Below are positions 18,676 to 27,386 of a stretch of DNA of 64,000 nucleotides, one piece after another. The position numbers and the translations under genes are program-made. The notes below the pieces were generated by a model, which saw only the letters and a list, made by a program, of their open reading frames with translations, ran no database searches and was not told the origin of the DNA. The stretch is taken from positions 144,933 through 208,932 of IMG/VR virus record IMGVR_UViG_3300035703_000008; one strand, written 5' to 3'. The first letter of the stretch is position 1. The number at the start of each line of letters is the position of its first letter.

Positions 18676-18707
18676 GATGTTTGTACAGTCTTATTCATAG
18701 ATACAAA

Positions 18708-18734
18708 AACAAAACCCGCTAACGCGGGTTTTGT
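18708..18734 (-). terminator. intrinsic terminator for the convergent minus-strand gene
   Basis: AACAAAACCCGC-TAAC-GCGGGTTTTGTT. Confidence 0.8.
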
Positions 18735-18750
18735 TGATTAAATGTAGAAT

Positions 18751-19143
18751 TTAATTGGAATCGATTAACGATCTCAAAGTTTGGTTATCTAATGATTCTA
18801 AATTTAAATCTGAATTGTGAAGATGCTGATATGTTGCACGAAGTTGACGAAACAGTAATTCTTTTGGATGAGAAGAAATTGGAGTCACAAATCCTAAATC
18901 AAGATCTTCTCTACTTTGATAGATTTTAGTTACCACATTGCCGTTGACAGTGACTTGTAGTTTTTCTTGAGAAATAAGAAGTTCATTTTGGGCAACTAAA
19001 CTTTGCTCCATTGCTAGAAAGTCAGTGAGATCTTCGGGATTTGTGACGTTAGCTTCTAGCCAAGCGACAAAATTGTAAGGCTCACCGGTGTCAATAACAC
19101 AAGTGATTGTTCCGTCTTGATTCTGAGTTGAAGTAAAAGCCAT
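18751..19143 (-). CDS. hypothetical protein
   Basis: 130 aa, AT-rich; AAGGA RBS and minus-strand TAAATA at 19166-19171. Confidence 0.7.
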   Translation of the reverse strand: MAFTSTQNQDGTITCVIDTGEPYNFVAWLEANVTNPEDLTDFLAMEQSLVAQNELLISQEKLQVTVNGNVVTKIYQSREDLDLGFVTPISSHPKELLFRQLRATYQHLHNSDLNLESLDNQTLRSLIDSN

Positions 19144-19196
19144 GGTGGTTTCCTTTTGTTGTGTTTATTTATGTTTGATACTGAGTAAATAGATGT

Positions 19197-19802
19197 ATGA
19201 CATCATTTTTCACTCCTCCGGGATATTCTGGCACAGCTGAACTCACAGCTTCTAGTGGGCTTGAAATAGTAAATCAAGGTCTTTGGAAATTTAGTCAATC
19301 TGGTTACAACGACGGAGCTACATTTGGTCTCAGTCTCACCCATCCTAAGCCGTTGTCGGGCGGAACACTTTCTTTATCGGCACAGGCATGGACTATATCC
19401 ACAGTGGGCAACGATCTCACATCTTACACTGATATCAGTACTGGTATTACATATCCTGCGGATCAATGCCAGATCTCAATCACAGGTAAATGGGTGGTGA
19501 AGCGGACTCCTAATTCTAATTCTTTCAACGGTGTAGGAGTGATCTATACCGGGTCAACGGTGACAGATCTTGGATCTAGAGATATGACCACGTATCTACT
19601 AGATTTTGAAAGTAGATCAGCCACATATGTGATACAAGGGTCAGGGGTAACCGGCGGTGCCCAAGATACTTTTTCTAATCGAGTGTTTTCGTGCGTAGTC
19701 GAAGAGTCAGCCAGCACAGACAATAGTAATCGCGAGTTTCAGTCAAACAGCACGGTAAGACCGGTATGGGTATACAGTTTCCGTAAAAGTTGGCAAATTT
19801 AA
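19197..19802 (+). CDS. hypothetical protein (S/T/G-rich, beta-rich)
   Basis: 201 aa; TAAATA at 19186-19191. Confidence 0.7.
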   Translation: MTSFFTPPGYSGTAELTASSGLEIVNQGLWKFSQSGYNDGATFGLSLTHPKPLSGGTLSLSAQAWTISTVGNDLTSYTDISTGITYPADQCQISITGKWVVKRTPNSNSFNGVGVIYTGSTVTDLGSRDMTTYLLDFESRSATYVIQGSGVTGGAQDTFSNRVFSCVVEESASTDNSNREFQSNSTVRPVWVYSFRKSWQI

Positions 19803-20140
19803 TCGCTGAATGCTGAACGAAACTTTTGCCAAAATTCTAGATAGATTGTGTTGCGACTCTCAGGGATGGTATCACACCACTGATCGTGAATTTCCGTTGA
19901 CTTCCAATTGATAATCGGACCGTCCTCGGTAAATTCTTTCCAGGCATCCCCGGCTGCCATAGCATCAGCTACCATTTTTTCATGTTCGAGATGAACCTCT
20001 TGCCAGAGATCTTGCTCCTCCTGCGGCAAAGTCTTCATCCAGACATTTATTTCAATGGGACGACCTGACTCGTCTTTGGGCCATTTAACGGTTATTTTTC
20101 GATGGTTGTCGTTGTGTTGCAAATTTACTATGTCTGACAT
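19799..20140 (-). CDS. hypothetical protein
   Basis: 113 aa; minus-strand TAAATA at 20146-20151. Confidence 0.65.
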   Translation of the reverse strand: MSDIVNLQHNDNHRKITVKWPKDESGRPIEINVWMKTLPQEEQDLWQEVHLEHEKMVADAMAAGDAWKEFTEDGPIINWKSTEIHDQWCDTIPESRNTIYLEFWQKFRSAFSD

Positions 20141-20191
20141 AAAAATATTTATTCCTGGATTATTTTTCGTAAATCTATGTTAAATACTATC

Positions 20192-20269
20192 AACGTATTC
20201 TGCGTTTTATGCGGCGATTAATACCCACCGCGTACCGGATAGAACCCGGATCGGACTTCTTTTAAGGAG
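20192..20269 (+). promoter_or_regulatory. candidate structured 5' leader RNA
   Basis: three stems plus an RBS-sequestering stem between TAAATA (20181-20186) and ATG 20277. Confidence 0.5.
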
Positions 20270-20276
20270 AAAACAA

Positions 20277-20792
20277 ATGGGACGTCCTCTCAAGATCAAG
20301 AAAACTACAACCAAAGATGTTGGTTTTAACAGCTTTGACCAGCTAGAAAACCCAGTTTACCCGGCCACTCTCAACACTACCCAGTTCTTGGGTGTAGTAG
20401 GTGGCGCCAACGCTTCTGTGGCCACTACCAGCTATCCAGTGGTCAAGTGCCAGGTTTTTGGCGCCGGCGAAAGCGCCGAAGAAGCAGGCTACATCATCCG
20501 CCAAAAAGGTTCTACCACATATCTGGTGTATGGTCAGACTTCGGGCAACACCTTCCAGTGCATCTTGGCCAATCAAGCCACTGGAAACCTCACAGCCGGC
20601 AACATGAACATCGCTATTTTTGCCGGCGACAGTTCTGATATCCTTGTCAAGAAGCTCACAAACAAATGGGCCTTAGACTACAGCGACAATCGTTATGTGA
20701 TCAACTTCTTCAGCGACGAAGGAACTGAGATCAAATCGGGAACACGCGGCAACACCAACCCCCTCGCGATCACAGAAAACTATACTTCTTAA
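20277..20792 (+). CDS. putative virion structural protein
   Basis: 171 aa starting MGRPLKIKK; strong RBS, late promoter; sits at the head of the fibre cassette. Confidence 0.75.
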   Translation: MGRPLKIKKTTTKDVGFNSFDQLENPVYPATLNTTQFLGVVGGANASVATTSYPVVKCQVFGAGESAEEAGYIIRQKGSTTYLVYGQTSGNTFQCILANQATGNLTAGNMNIAIFAGDSSDILVKKLTNKWALDYSDNRYVINFFSDEGTEIKSGTRGNTNPLAITENYTS

Positions 20793-20808
20793 ATATCGCA
20801 GGCTCTGG

Positions 20809-20842
20809 ATCCTCCTTGCGCTACATACAAGGAGGATTTTTT
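20809..20842 (+). terminator. intrinsic terminator overlapping the next gene's RBS
   Basis: ATCCTCCTTG-9nt-CAAGGAGGAT-TTTTT. Confidence 0.7.
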
Positions 20843-21451
20843 ATGACCGCATTTGTTCTTGGCAATGGTGTTAGTCGTAGGGGCATTGATGTCCACGATC
20901 TCTTACGGCATGGTGCTGTGTACGGCTGCAATGCCCTTTATCGTACAAGCACCCCCACGGTATTGGTAGCTACAGATCGACCCATCAGCGAAGAAATACA
21001 AGCATCGGGCTATGCAAAAAACAATCGGTTTTACACTCGCAGGCCCTTGCCAGGCACAGGGGCGCAGAAGGTTCCTGACTGCTATCGAGGATTCAGTTCA
21101 GGTCCCATTGCTGCTGGACTGGCAGCCATGGATCGACACAATCCTGTGATCTTGTTGGGTTTTGATCTTGGGCCCGATGCTGACGGTAGATTCAACAATG
21201 TCTATGCTGACACGGATTTTTACAAAAAAACCGGCGATCTCCCCACCTTCACAGGTAACTGGGTGCGTCAGCTGATCACGGTGGCACGGGACCATCCCGG
21301 TCAGAGATTCGTACGAGTTCATGGTGATACCACTGCGCGTGTCGCAGACTTTGATGCAGTACCAAACTGGTTGACAATGCCTATCTCTGACTTGATTTTG
21401 CTAATAAATAAGGGCAAAGGATCTCTGGATGAATACCTACAAAAACGTTAG
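20843..21451 (+). CDS. DUF115/Maf-like Rossmannoid (glycosyltransferase-related) protein
   Basis: AFVLGNGVSR, YGCNA, LVATD, SSG..A, ILLGFD motifs; AAGGAGG before ATG 20843. Confidence 0.55.
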   Translation: MTAFVLGNGVSRRGIDVHDLLRHGAVYGCNALYRTSTPTVLVATDRPISEEIQASGYAKNNRFYTRRPLPGTGAQKVPDCYRGFSSGPIAAGLAAMDRHNPVILLGFDLGPDADGRFNNVYADTDFYKKTGDLPTFTGNWVRQLITVARDHPGQRFVRVHGDTTARVADFDAVPNWLTMPISDLILLINKGKGSLDEYLQKR

Positions 21452-22058
21452 CGGCGACTACATCATCACTGTAGACAGTGGCGATGGAAATGTGATCATC
21501 AACGGCAACCTCAATGTAGAAGGAAACGTGACCTACATTGAGACCACTGAACTCAAAGTTGATGATCCTTTTATTCTGGTAGCTGCACACAATATAGGTC
21601 CTAATGAAGCTAACGCTCTTTTCTTTAGTCAAGGACTGGTTACTAAAACATCTAGTTCAACCTATGCTGGACTGAGATTTGACAACGACTCATTGACCTG
21701 GCAGATCAGCCCCAATGTCAACGAAGATGGCAGCGAGATCACTGCCTATCAGACCATCGGTGTAGCTACGGCTGGCAGCGTAGGCGGTCCTCTCTATAGT
21801 ATCCAGATCCACGATGCAGGGAATGTATTTGGCGGTTATTCTGATTTTTCTTATGATTACGCCAACGATCGAGTTACCCTACAAGGGCATCTCTCGTTTG
21901 GAAATGTAGGTACAGCGCCACCTGCCACGGCCAACACTGTGGCTCTTTATCACAATCAACAAGGTAGTGGAGGTACTGGACTTTATGTCAAGAGCTCTAT
22001 TACCGAAGACGAGTTGGTCAGCAAGAGTGCGGCCATCGTGTTTTCAATCATTTTTTAA
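21429..22058 (+). CDS. tail fibre-associated structural protein
   Basis: GNLNVEGNVT..ETTELKVDDPFI motif also present in the large fibre N-terminus. Confidence 0.65.
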   Translation: MNTYKNVSGDYIITVDSGDGNVIINGNLNVEGNVTYIETTELKVDDPFILVAAHNIGPNEANALFFSQGLVTKTSSSTYAGLRFDNDSLTWQISPNVNEDGSEITAYQTIGVATAGSVGGPLYSIQIHDAGNVFGGYSDFSYDYANDRVTLQGHLSFGNVGTAPPATANTVALYHNQQGSGGTGLYVKSSITEDELVSKSAAIVFSIIF

Positions 22059-22067
22059 GGAAGTATC

Positions 22068-22397
22068 ATGCCAATCGCAACAGCCAGTGTGACTACCAGT
22101 GCCGGAAACGTGTATGTGAGTTCGGGCAACACGGCCATCACATTTATGAGCATATGTAACTATGCTGCCTCTAACGTGTCGGTAGACATACATGCAGTGC
22201 CAGCTGGAGATACAGCTGGCAATGACAACGTGATCATCACAGGCCTTGAGCTTAATGCTGCCGGCAACGGCAGCGGAGACACCTATCAGCTCTATTCCGG
22301 CGGTGAAAAACTGCTGCTAGGCAACAATGACACCATACAGATCGCAGCCAGCGCAGGTAATTCCGTGACCGTGGTCACCAGTTACACCACTATCTAA
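22068..22397 (+). CDS. small virion structural protein
   Basis: 109 aa beta-rich; RBS AAGGAAG; in fibre cassette. Confidence 0.65.
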   Translation: MPIATASVTTSAGNVYVSSGNTAITFMSICNYAASNVSVDIHAVPAGDTAGNDNVIITGLELNAAGNGSGDTYQLYSGGEKLLLGNNDTIQIAASAGNSVTVVTSYTTI

Positions 22398-22795
22398 TGG
22401 GCTATTTTGTTAAAAATCGTAGGCTGCAATCGGGATCGTCGGGCGTTCTTTTGCCTTACGGACCCAGCTCGAGTCGTCCTGACAGCCCTGTATTTGGTCT
22501 CACGCGATTCAACACCGAGCTTGGTGCCATTGAATTCTTTGACGGGATACAGTTTGTGCAACTGGGCGAGAGCGGTGCTATCAACTACACAGTGGATGCC
22601 TTTACCGGTGATGGAAGCACTGTTAGTTTTAACATGAGCGTGGCTGAATCCCAGGCAACGCAGATCATTGTGTTTGTGGGATCAATCTATCAAACTCCCG
22701 GTGTTGCCTACACTGTAAACGGAACTATCACTATCACATTCACATCTGCACCGCCTTCGGGTGAGCCTATATCCGTTATCCATAGCGATAGTTGA
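22397..22795 (+). CDS. small tail fibre-related protein
   Basis: P.G.SS.RP...G..RFN...EFFDG and FTGDG...F...Q.P...Y...G..ITF...P modules shared with both large fibres. Confidence 0.7.
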   Translation: MGYFVKNRRLQSGSSGVLLPYGPSSSRPDSPVFGLTRFNTELGAIEFFDGIQFVQLGESGAINYTVDAFTGDGSTVSFNMSVAESQATQIIVFVGSIYQTPGVAYTVNGTITITFTSAPPSGEPISVIHSDS

Positions 22796-22824
22796 TCCCA
22801 TAAATAAGGGATAAAGGGCCGCTG

Positions 22825-24903
22825 ATGTCAATCAACAAAATTTCAGGAAATATACTGCAGGACAATCTGCAGCGTGGATCTAATCTCACTTTCCAGACTG
22901 ATCTTTTGGTCGTTGATGTGGTCAATCAACGGATTGGTGTAAACACTGCTGCTACTACCCATGTTCTCACCGTGGGTGGAAATATTTCAGCCGGCAACAT
23001 CGATGCAGCCAATGTTGTTGTCATTGACGGAGTGTTTGCTAACACCGTCAACATTGTTGGTAATTCGGTGTTTGACGGTGTTACGATATCGGGCAACTCT
23101 ATATCGGCTGCATCAGGACGCCTTGAACTTGGCAGTGCAGCCAACATCGAAATACTGGGCGGAAGCCTAGGATTTGTTCTTACCACAGACGGAGCTGGAA
23201 ATCTTGATTGGACCAGCACATCTAACATCACTGGCGTGCTGGGTAATCTAGTAGATCTTGGCACACCATCGGCGGGAAATCTCGTCAGTAATGCAGTAAC
23301 TTTGACAGCGAATACATCAGTGACCGACGGCATAGCACAACTCAACGTGATACTCGGCAAGCTGGTACCTCCAGCTCCACCAGCCTTTCCTGGATCAAGT
23401 TCCCTTTCGATTACTACATCTACCACATCGGCTCGCATGTGTTTGGGGTTTACTCAACCTGACAACACGCCTGGCGCCAACAAAGCAGTAGCAGCTGGTA
23501 CTTTGGTGTCGGTGATACGTGGCAGTTCTTATTCAACCAATACTATTTCCAATACCGGACCAGGAGATTCAGGCACATTGACCCTGTACCTCAATGGCAC
23601 AGGTGCTGGCAATGTTACCTTCAACTCGGGAGCTAATCCCACTGCCAATGGTACCTACAGCAACCTTGTAGTCACCAACAACTATGACTACAACGTGGCC
23701 AATGCCAACATCGCTTCAGGTTTCTGGTATGTGTTTTCAGCTCGCGGCGCAGGCACAGTGACTTCGGGCTGGAACGAAGTTGGAATGACTCACAGCGGTG
23801 CTGGGTCAACAAATACGCCATCCTGGTATTATGACAACTCTACTGTGGCAGCCCCACAGTTTACAAACACCTCGATAGCTCCAACTTCCAACAGTTTCAG
23901 CTATACCAGCACCATACCGCACTACACTTCGAGTACTCAGTTTACCATTGGGTTTGACGTGAATCGCCTGTCAGCGAACATGTATCCCAATTCCAACAAT
24001 CTCACATCAACCACCGCAGCAGGAGGTAGTTTTGCTGCCCCGGCCGCGATAACCTATGCTGCAGCCGGCATATCCACGCCCTTGGCACAGAATCTCTATG
24101 CCAACACCGGAGCAGTTACAGCTTCGACAACCGTGTCCGTCACTACCGGGTTTGGATCTAGCAGCACAGGGCCTTCGATATCGGTGACCAATAGCTACAA
24201 CACCGGATCAAATACCTTCAGTCCCGGTGCAACAGTGCTGAGAAAAACAGGTACAGCCACAGCCGTTGACGAAGGCAACGTGGTGGTCACTAATGTGGGA
24301 ACTGGATCAGGCAACGCCGTGCGTATAGCGAACCCAGGCAGTGGAAACACGCCGGCTTACACAGCCAGCGCTACCGCATTTGACAGTCAAAACGGCCCTT
24401 TGCAGACCTATGATGCTGTGGTGGTTGGATCAGGCAGCCAAGGTGTGCTGAGACATGACCAGACCAATTACAGTACAGGATATCTTCCTGTGGGCCCTGA
24501 TCTGTCTGTGGGACGCAGTGGCACACAGTATTTCACCATCAAGTTTGTTCGCACCGATGTCAGCAAGTTTGACATACGCTATTCGGGCAACGTGGCCGGA
24601 ATGTGGGTGGCCCTTCCTGGATCAGCCATAGATTCGAGCTCGGGCGCCAATGGCTGGATAGACATGACTGTGGCCTATGCTGGCAGTGGATACCCTGGCG
24701 TGAACGCACCCGGCAACGGCAGCGATGGTTGCAGCCTAGGTGGTGTTGTACAAGTGAATACCACGGTGGCCAATGCCAGCAAGACCTGTACGTTTGGTAC
24801 AGTGTCTAGTTCCGGCACAGCTACCAATGAAATCTATGTGAGAATCGCACTCACATCCGGTCAGAGTGTCACGGCTCTGTCATTACAACAGGCGACTAAC
24901 TGA
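22825..24903 (+). CDS. tail fibre / virion structural protein
   Basis: 692 aa, S/T/G/N-rich; RIGVNT and VLTTDGAGNLDW fibre motifs. Confidence 0.75.
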   Translation: MSINKISGNILQDNLQRGSNLTFQTDLLVVDVVNQRIGVNTAATTHVLTVGGNISAGNIDAANVVVIDGVFANTVNIVGNSVFDGVTISGNSISAASGRLELGSAANIEILGGSLGFVLTTDGAGNLDWTSTSNITGVLGNLVDLGTPSAGNLVSNAVTLTANTSVTDGIAQLNVILGKLVPPAPPAFPGSSSLSITTSTTSARMCLGFTQPDNTPGANKAVAAGTLVSVIRGSSYSTNTISNTGPGDSGTLTLYLNGTGAGNVTFNSGANPTANGTYSNLVVTNNYDYNVANANIASGFWYVFSARGAGTVTSGWNEVGMTHSGAGSTNTPSWYYDNSTVAAPQFTNTSIAPTSNSFSYTSTIPHYTSSTQFTIGFDVNRLSANMYPNSNNLTSTTAAGGSFAAPAAITYAAAGISTPLAQNLYANTGAVTASTTVSVTTGFGSSSTGPSISVTNSYNTGSNTFSPGATVLRKTGTATAVDEGNVVVTNVGTGSGNAVRIANPGSGNTPAYTASATAFDSQNGPLQTYDAVVVGSGSQGVLRHDQTNYSTGYLPVGPDLSVGRSGTQYFTIKFVRTDVSKFDIRYSGNVAGMWVALPGSAIDSSSGANGWIDMTVAYAGSGYPGVNAPGNGSDGCSLGGVVQVNTTVANASKTCTFGTVSSSGTATNEIYVRIALTSGQSVTALSLQQATN

Positions 24904-27230
24904 TGGCCGTATCTCTAGCTCAATACGTTGATCTGCTGTTCAAGAAGCTGCAAGGTGTAGCCAAAACAGCCAATGCCACGGTCAAAGGAGCCAGCAACGA
25001 AAGCATCGCCAGTCCCCCGCTGCTGCGTGGCGACATCATTTGGATGGACAGCGATCAGATACCTGGAACAGCACAGGCATTGGCCAATATCGCACAAGCC
25101 TACACCGGAGCCAATGCTGTCGAATGCGTGGCCGACACTACGGTACCGCCCATTGGTGGAGTGAGACCAACTTGGTTGACAAATCTTGACTATTGGATAC
25201 CTCAAGAGTTTGGATCCACATGGCTGCCCAAGATCTATGTTGATAGTCCGGGTGTGGCCAACGTTGAAGCCACGGGCACTCAGATTTTTGCAGCAGGTAT
25301 TGGTGGTGCCGGCGAGTACTACTTTGACACACAAGCTGGTGTGCTCAATTTCATTGGTGAGACCATACCTTCTACCTTGACCTCGGGCAAGGTGATCTAT
25401 GTGTCGGGTTACCGATATGTGGGCGCAGTGGGCATCAACAGTGGATCCGGTAATGTCAATCTAGCTAACCTGCGTGTGGCCAACACCACGATCACCACCG
25501 ATGGCACGATTGGTAACATCGTGCTTGAGCCCACAGGCAACGGTATAGCAATCATTGACACCACCACAGGACTCCTGGTACCTGTGGGTAACACAGCTCA
25601 ACAACCTGTGCCGGCCAGTACAGGAACCATACGATTCAATTCAGAAACAGTGGTCTTGGAAGTCTATGACGGCAACAGCTGGGTGCCTGCTGGCGGATCG
25701 ACATTTAATATCAGCAATCAGACCATCAATCCCGACGGCATCACGGATACTTTTGTTTTGAATTATGATGCCACTGACGACACGGTATTGGTCACCATCA
25801 ACGGCATCATGCAGACACCGGCAGTGTCATACAGCATCACTGGTAATTCGATCACATTTGCTGAGATACCCGAACCCACAGACACGGTACAAATAAGATA
25901 TATCTCGGCCACTGAAACTGTGACGTTTATTGACAATGTGTCGGGCAATGCTTTGGTTCGTACAGAAACATCCGGGGATGTCACGATACTTTCTACAGGA
26001 ACCATTGACCTCACGGGCAACCTACTGCCATCGGCCAACATCACGTATTCCTTGGGCAACACTGATCTGCGTTGGAGCGATCTCTGGCTGTCGGGCAACA
26101 CCCTGGTGCTTGGCAATATCGTGGTCAAAAATACCACGGGCAATGTCATTGGGTTTTTTGGTCCCGATGGCGTTACCCCAGCCACACTTGATGCCAATGC
26201 CGAAATCGTCAGCGATGCCATAGCCAGCGGTACCAGCGAGATTGACTTTGCTGCACCCAACGGTAACATACAAGCTACTGTGGGCGGATCCACAGTGGCA
26301 GTGATATCAACGTCGGGCATCACGATCACCGGTGATATCACTGCTGGAAACTATGTTGGGAACGGTAGCCAACTCACTGATATAGTAGTCAGCTCTGTAC
26401 CAGCAGCCAATGTCATTGGCCTGGCCAATGTGGCAACCTCTGGCGACTACACCGATCTTATCAATACGCCCACGATACCCACTCACACGTCAAATCTCGT
26501 CAATGATTCGGGATTTATAACCACAGCCACTGCCAATGTGATATCTGTGAATGGTCAGTCAGGTGTGGTCACTATTGCCACTTATGGCAACACTGATGTA
26601 GCCAACTATCTGCCCACGTATTCAGGAAACATTGGCGGAACGTTGACCACAGCCGGTCAGCCCAATATCACTGCTGTGGGTACGTTGGGGTCGTTGACAG
26701 TGACTGGCAATATCACCGGCGGTAACATGTCAGTGTCAACGGGTTCGATCACTGTGGGCAATGTCATCAATGCCAACGGTAACGGTGTGGGAAATATTGG
26801 ATCGAGCTCTAATTATTTTGACACCATATTTGCACGAGCCACATCTGCACAATATGCCGACGTGGCAGAAAAATTCATCAGCGATCAGGTGTATTCACCA
26901 GGCACTGTGTTAGTGTTTGGTGGATCCCAGCAAGTCACACTATGTGATCGTTACGCCGATCCCAGGGCCGCTGGCATAGTTTCCACTGATCCAGCCTATC
27001 TCATGAATAGCGGAGCATCCGGAATCACAGTGGATCTAGCACTTACCGGTCAGGTCCCTTGTTTGGTAGTGGGCCCTGTGAGCAAAGGCGATATCCTGAC
27101 CACTTCAGACTTGCCAGGGTATGCATGCCGATTGGAGTCTGAGCACTGGCGCCCGGGCGTGATCATAGGCAAAGCTCTGGAAAGCTGCAGAAGCGGACAT
27201 CATCGTATATTGGTATTTGTTTGTCGATGA
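24903..27230 (+). CDS. tail fibre protein with C-terminal intramolecular-chaperone (peptidase G2-like) domain
   Basis: GN repeats; C-terminal ATSAQYADVAE...GIVST.P.Y.MN...GQVPC.V.GPV.KGD...IGKAL. Confidence 0.8.
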   Translation: MAVSLAQYVDLLFKKLQGVAKTANATVKGASNESIASPPLLRGDIIWMDSDQIPGTAQALANIAQAYTGANAVECVADTTVPPIGGVRPTWLTNLDYWIPQEFGSTWLPKIYVDSPGVANVEATGTQIFAAGIGGAGEYYFDTQAGVLNFIGETIPSTLTSGKVIYVSGYRYVGAVGINSGSGNVNLANLRVANTTITTDGTIGNIVLEPTGNGIAIIDTTTGLLVPVGNTAQQPVPASTGTIRFNSETVVLEVYDGNSWVPAGGSTFNISNQTINPDGITDTFVLNYDATDDTVLVTINGIMQTPAVSYSITGNSITFAEIPEPTDTVQIRYISATETVTFIDNVSGNALVRTETSGDVTILSTGTIDLTGNLLPSANITYSLGNTDLRWSDLWLSGNTLVLGNIVVKNTTGNVIGFFGPDGVTPATLDANAEIVSDAIASGTSEIDFAAPNGNIQATVGGSTVAVISTSGITITGDITAGNYVGNGSQLTDIVVSSVPAANVIGLANVATSGDYTDLINTPTIPTHTSNLVNDSGFITTATANVISVNGQSGVVTIATYGNTDVANYLPTYSGNIGGTLTTAGQPNITAVGTLGSLTVTGNITGGNMSVSTGSITVGNVINANGNGVGNIGSSSNYFDTIFARATSAQYADVAEKFISDQVYSPGTVLVFGGSQQVTLCDRYADPRAAGIVSTDPAYLMNSGASGITVDLALTGQVPCLVVGPVSKGDILTTSDLPGYACRLESEHWRPGVIIGKALESCRSGHHRILVFVCR

Positions 27231-27386
27231 TTTTGCTGACCTGACTAAATAAAAACACAACATCAACGGTCGCAACGACCAAGCGTTCTCCCAAAAAATC
27301 CACTCTGTCTTTTTGCCAGGCACGAAGACTGATTTCCTATGATTTCGGTAAATATGCTGGATGCCCATGGGGCGGGAGACTAAAAA

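Noticed and set aside
27231-27386. Structured RNA in the gap before the giant fibre
   Set aside because: Only short hairpins (GGTCG-CAA-CGACC) and two TAAATA motifs (27246, 27349); adequately explained as a promoter region
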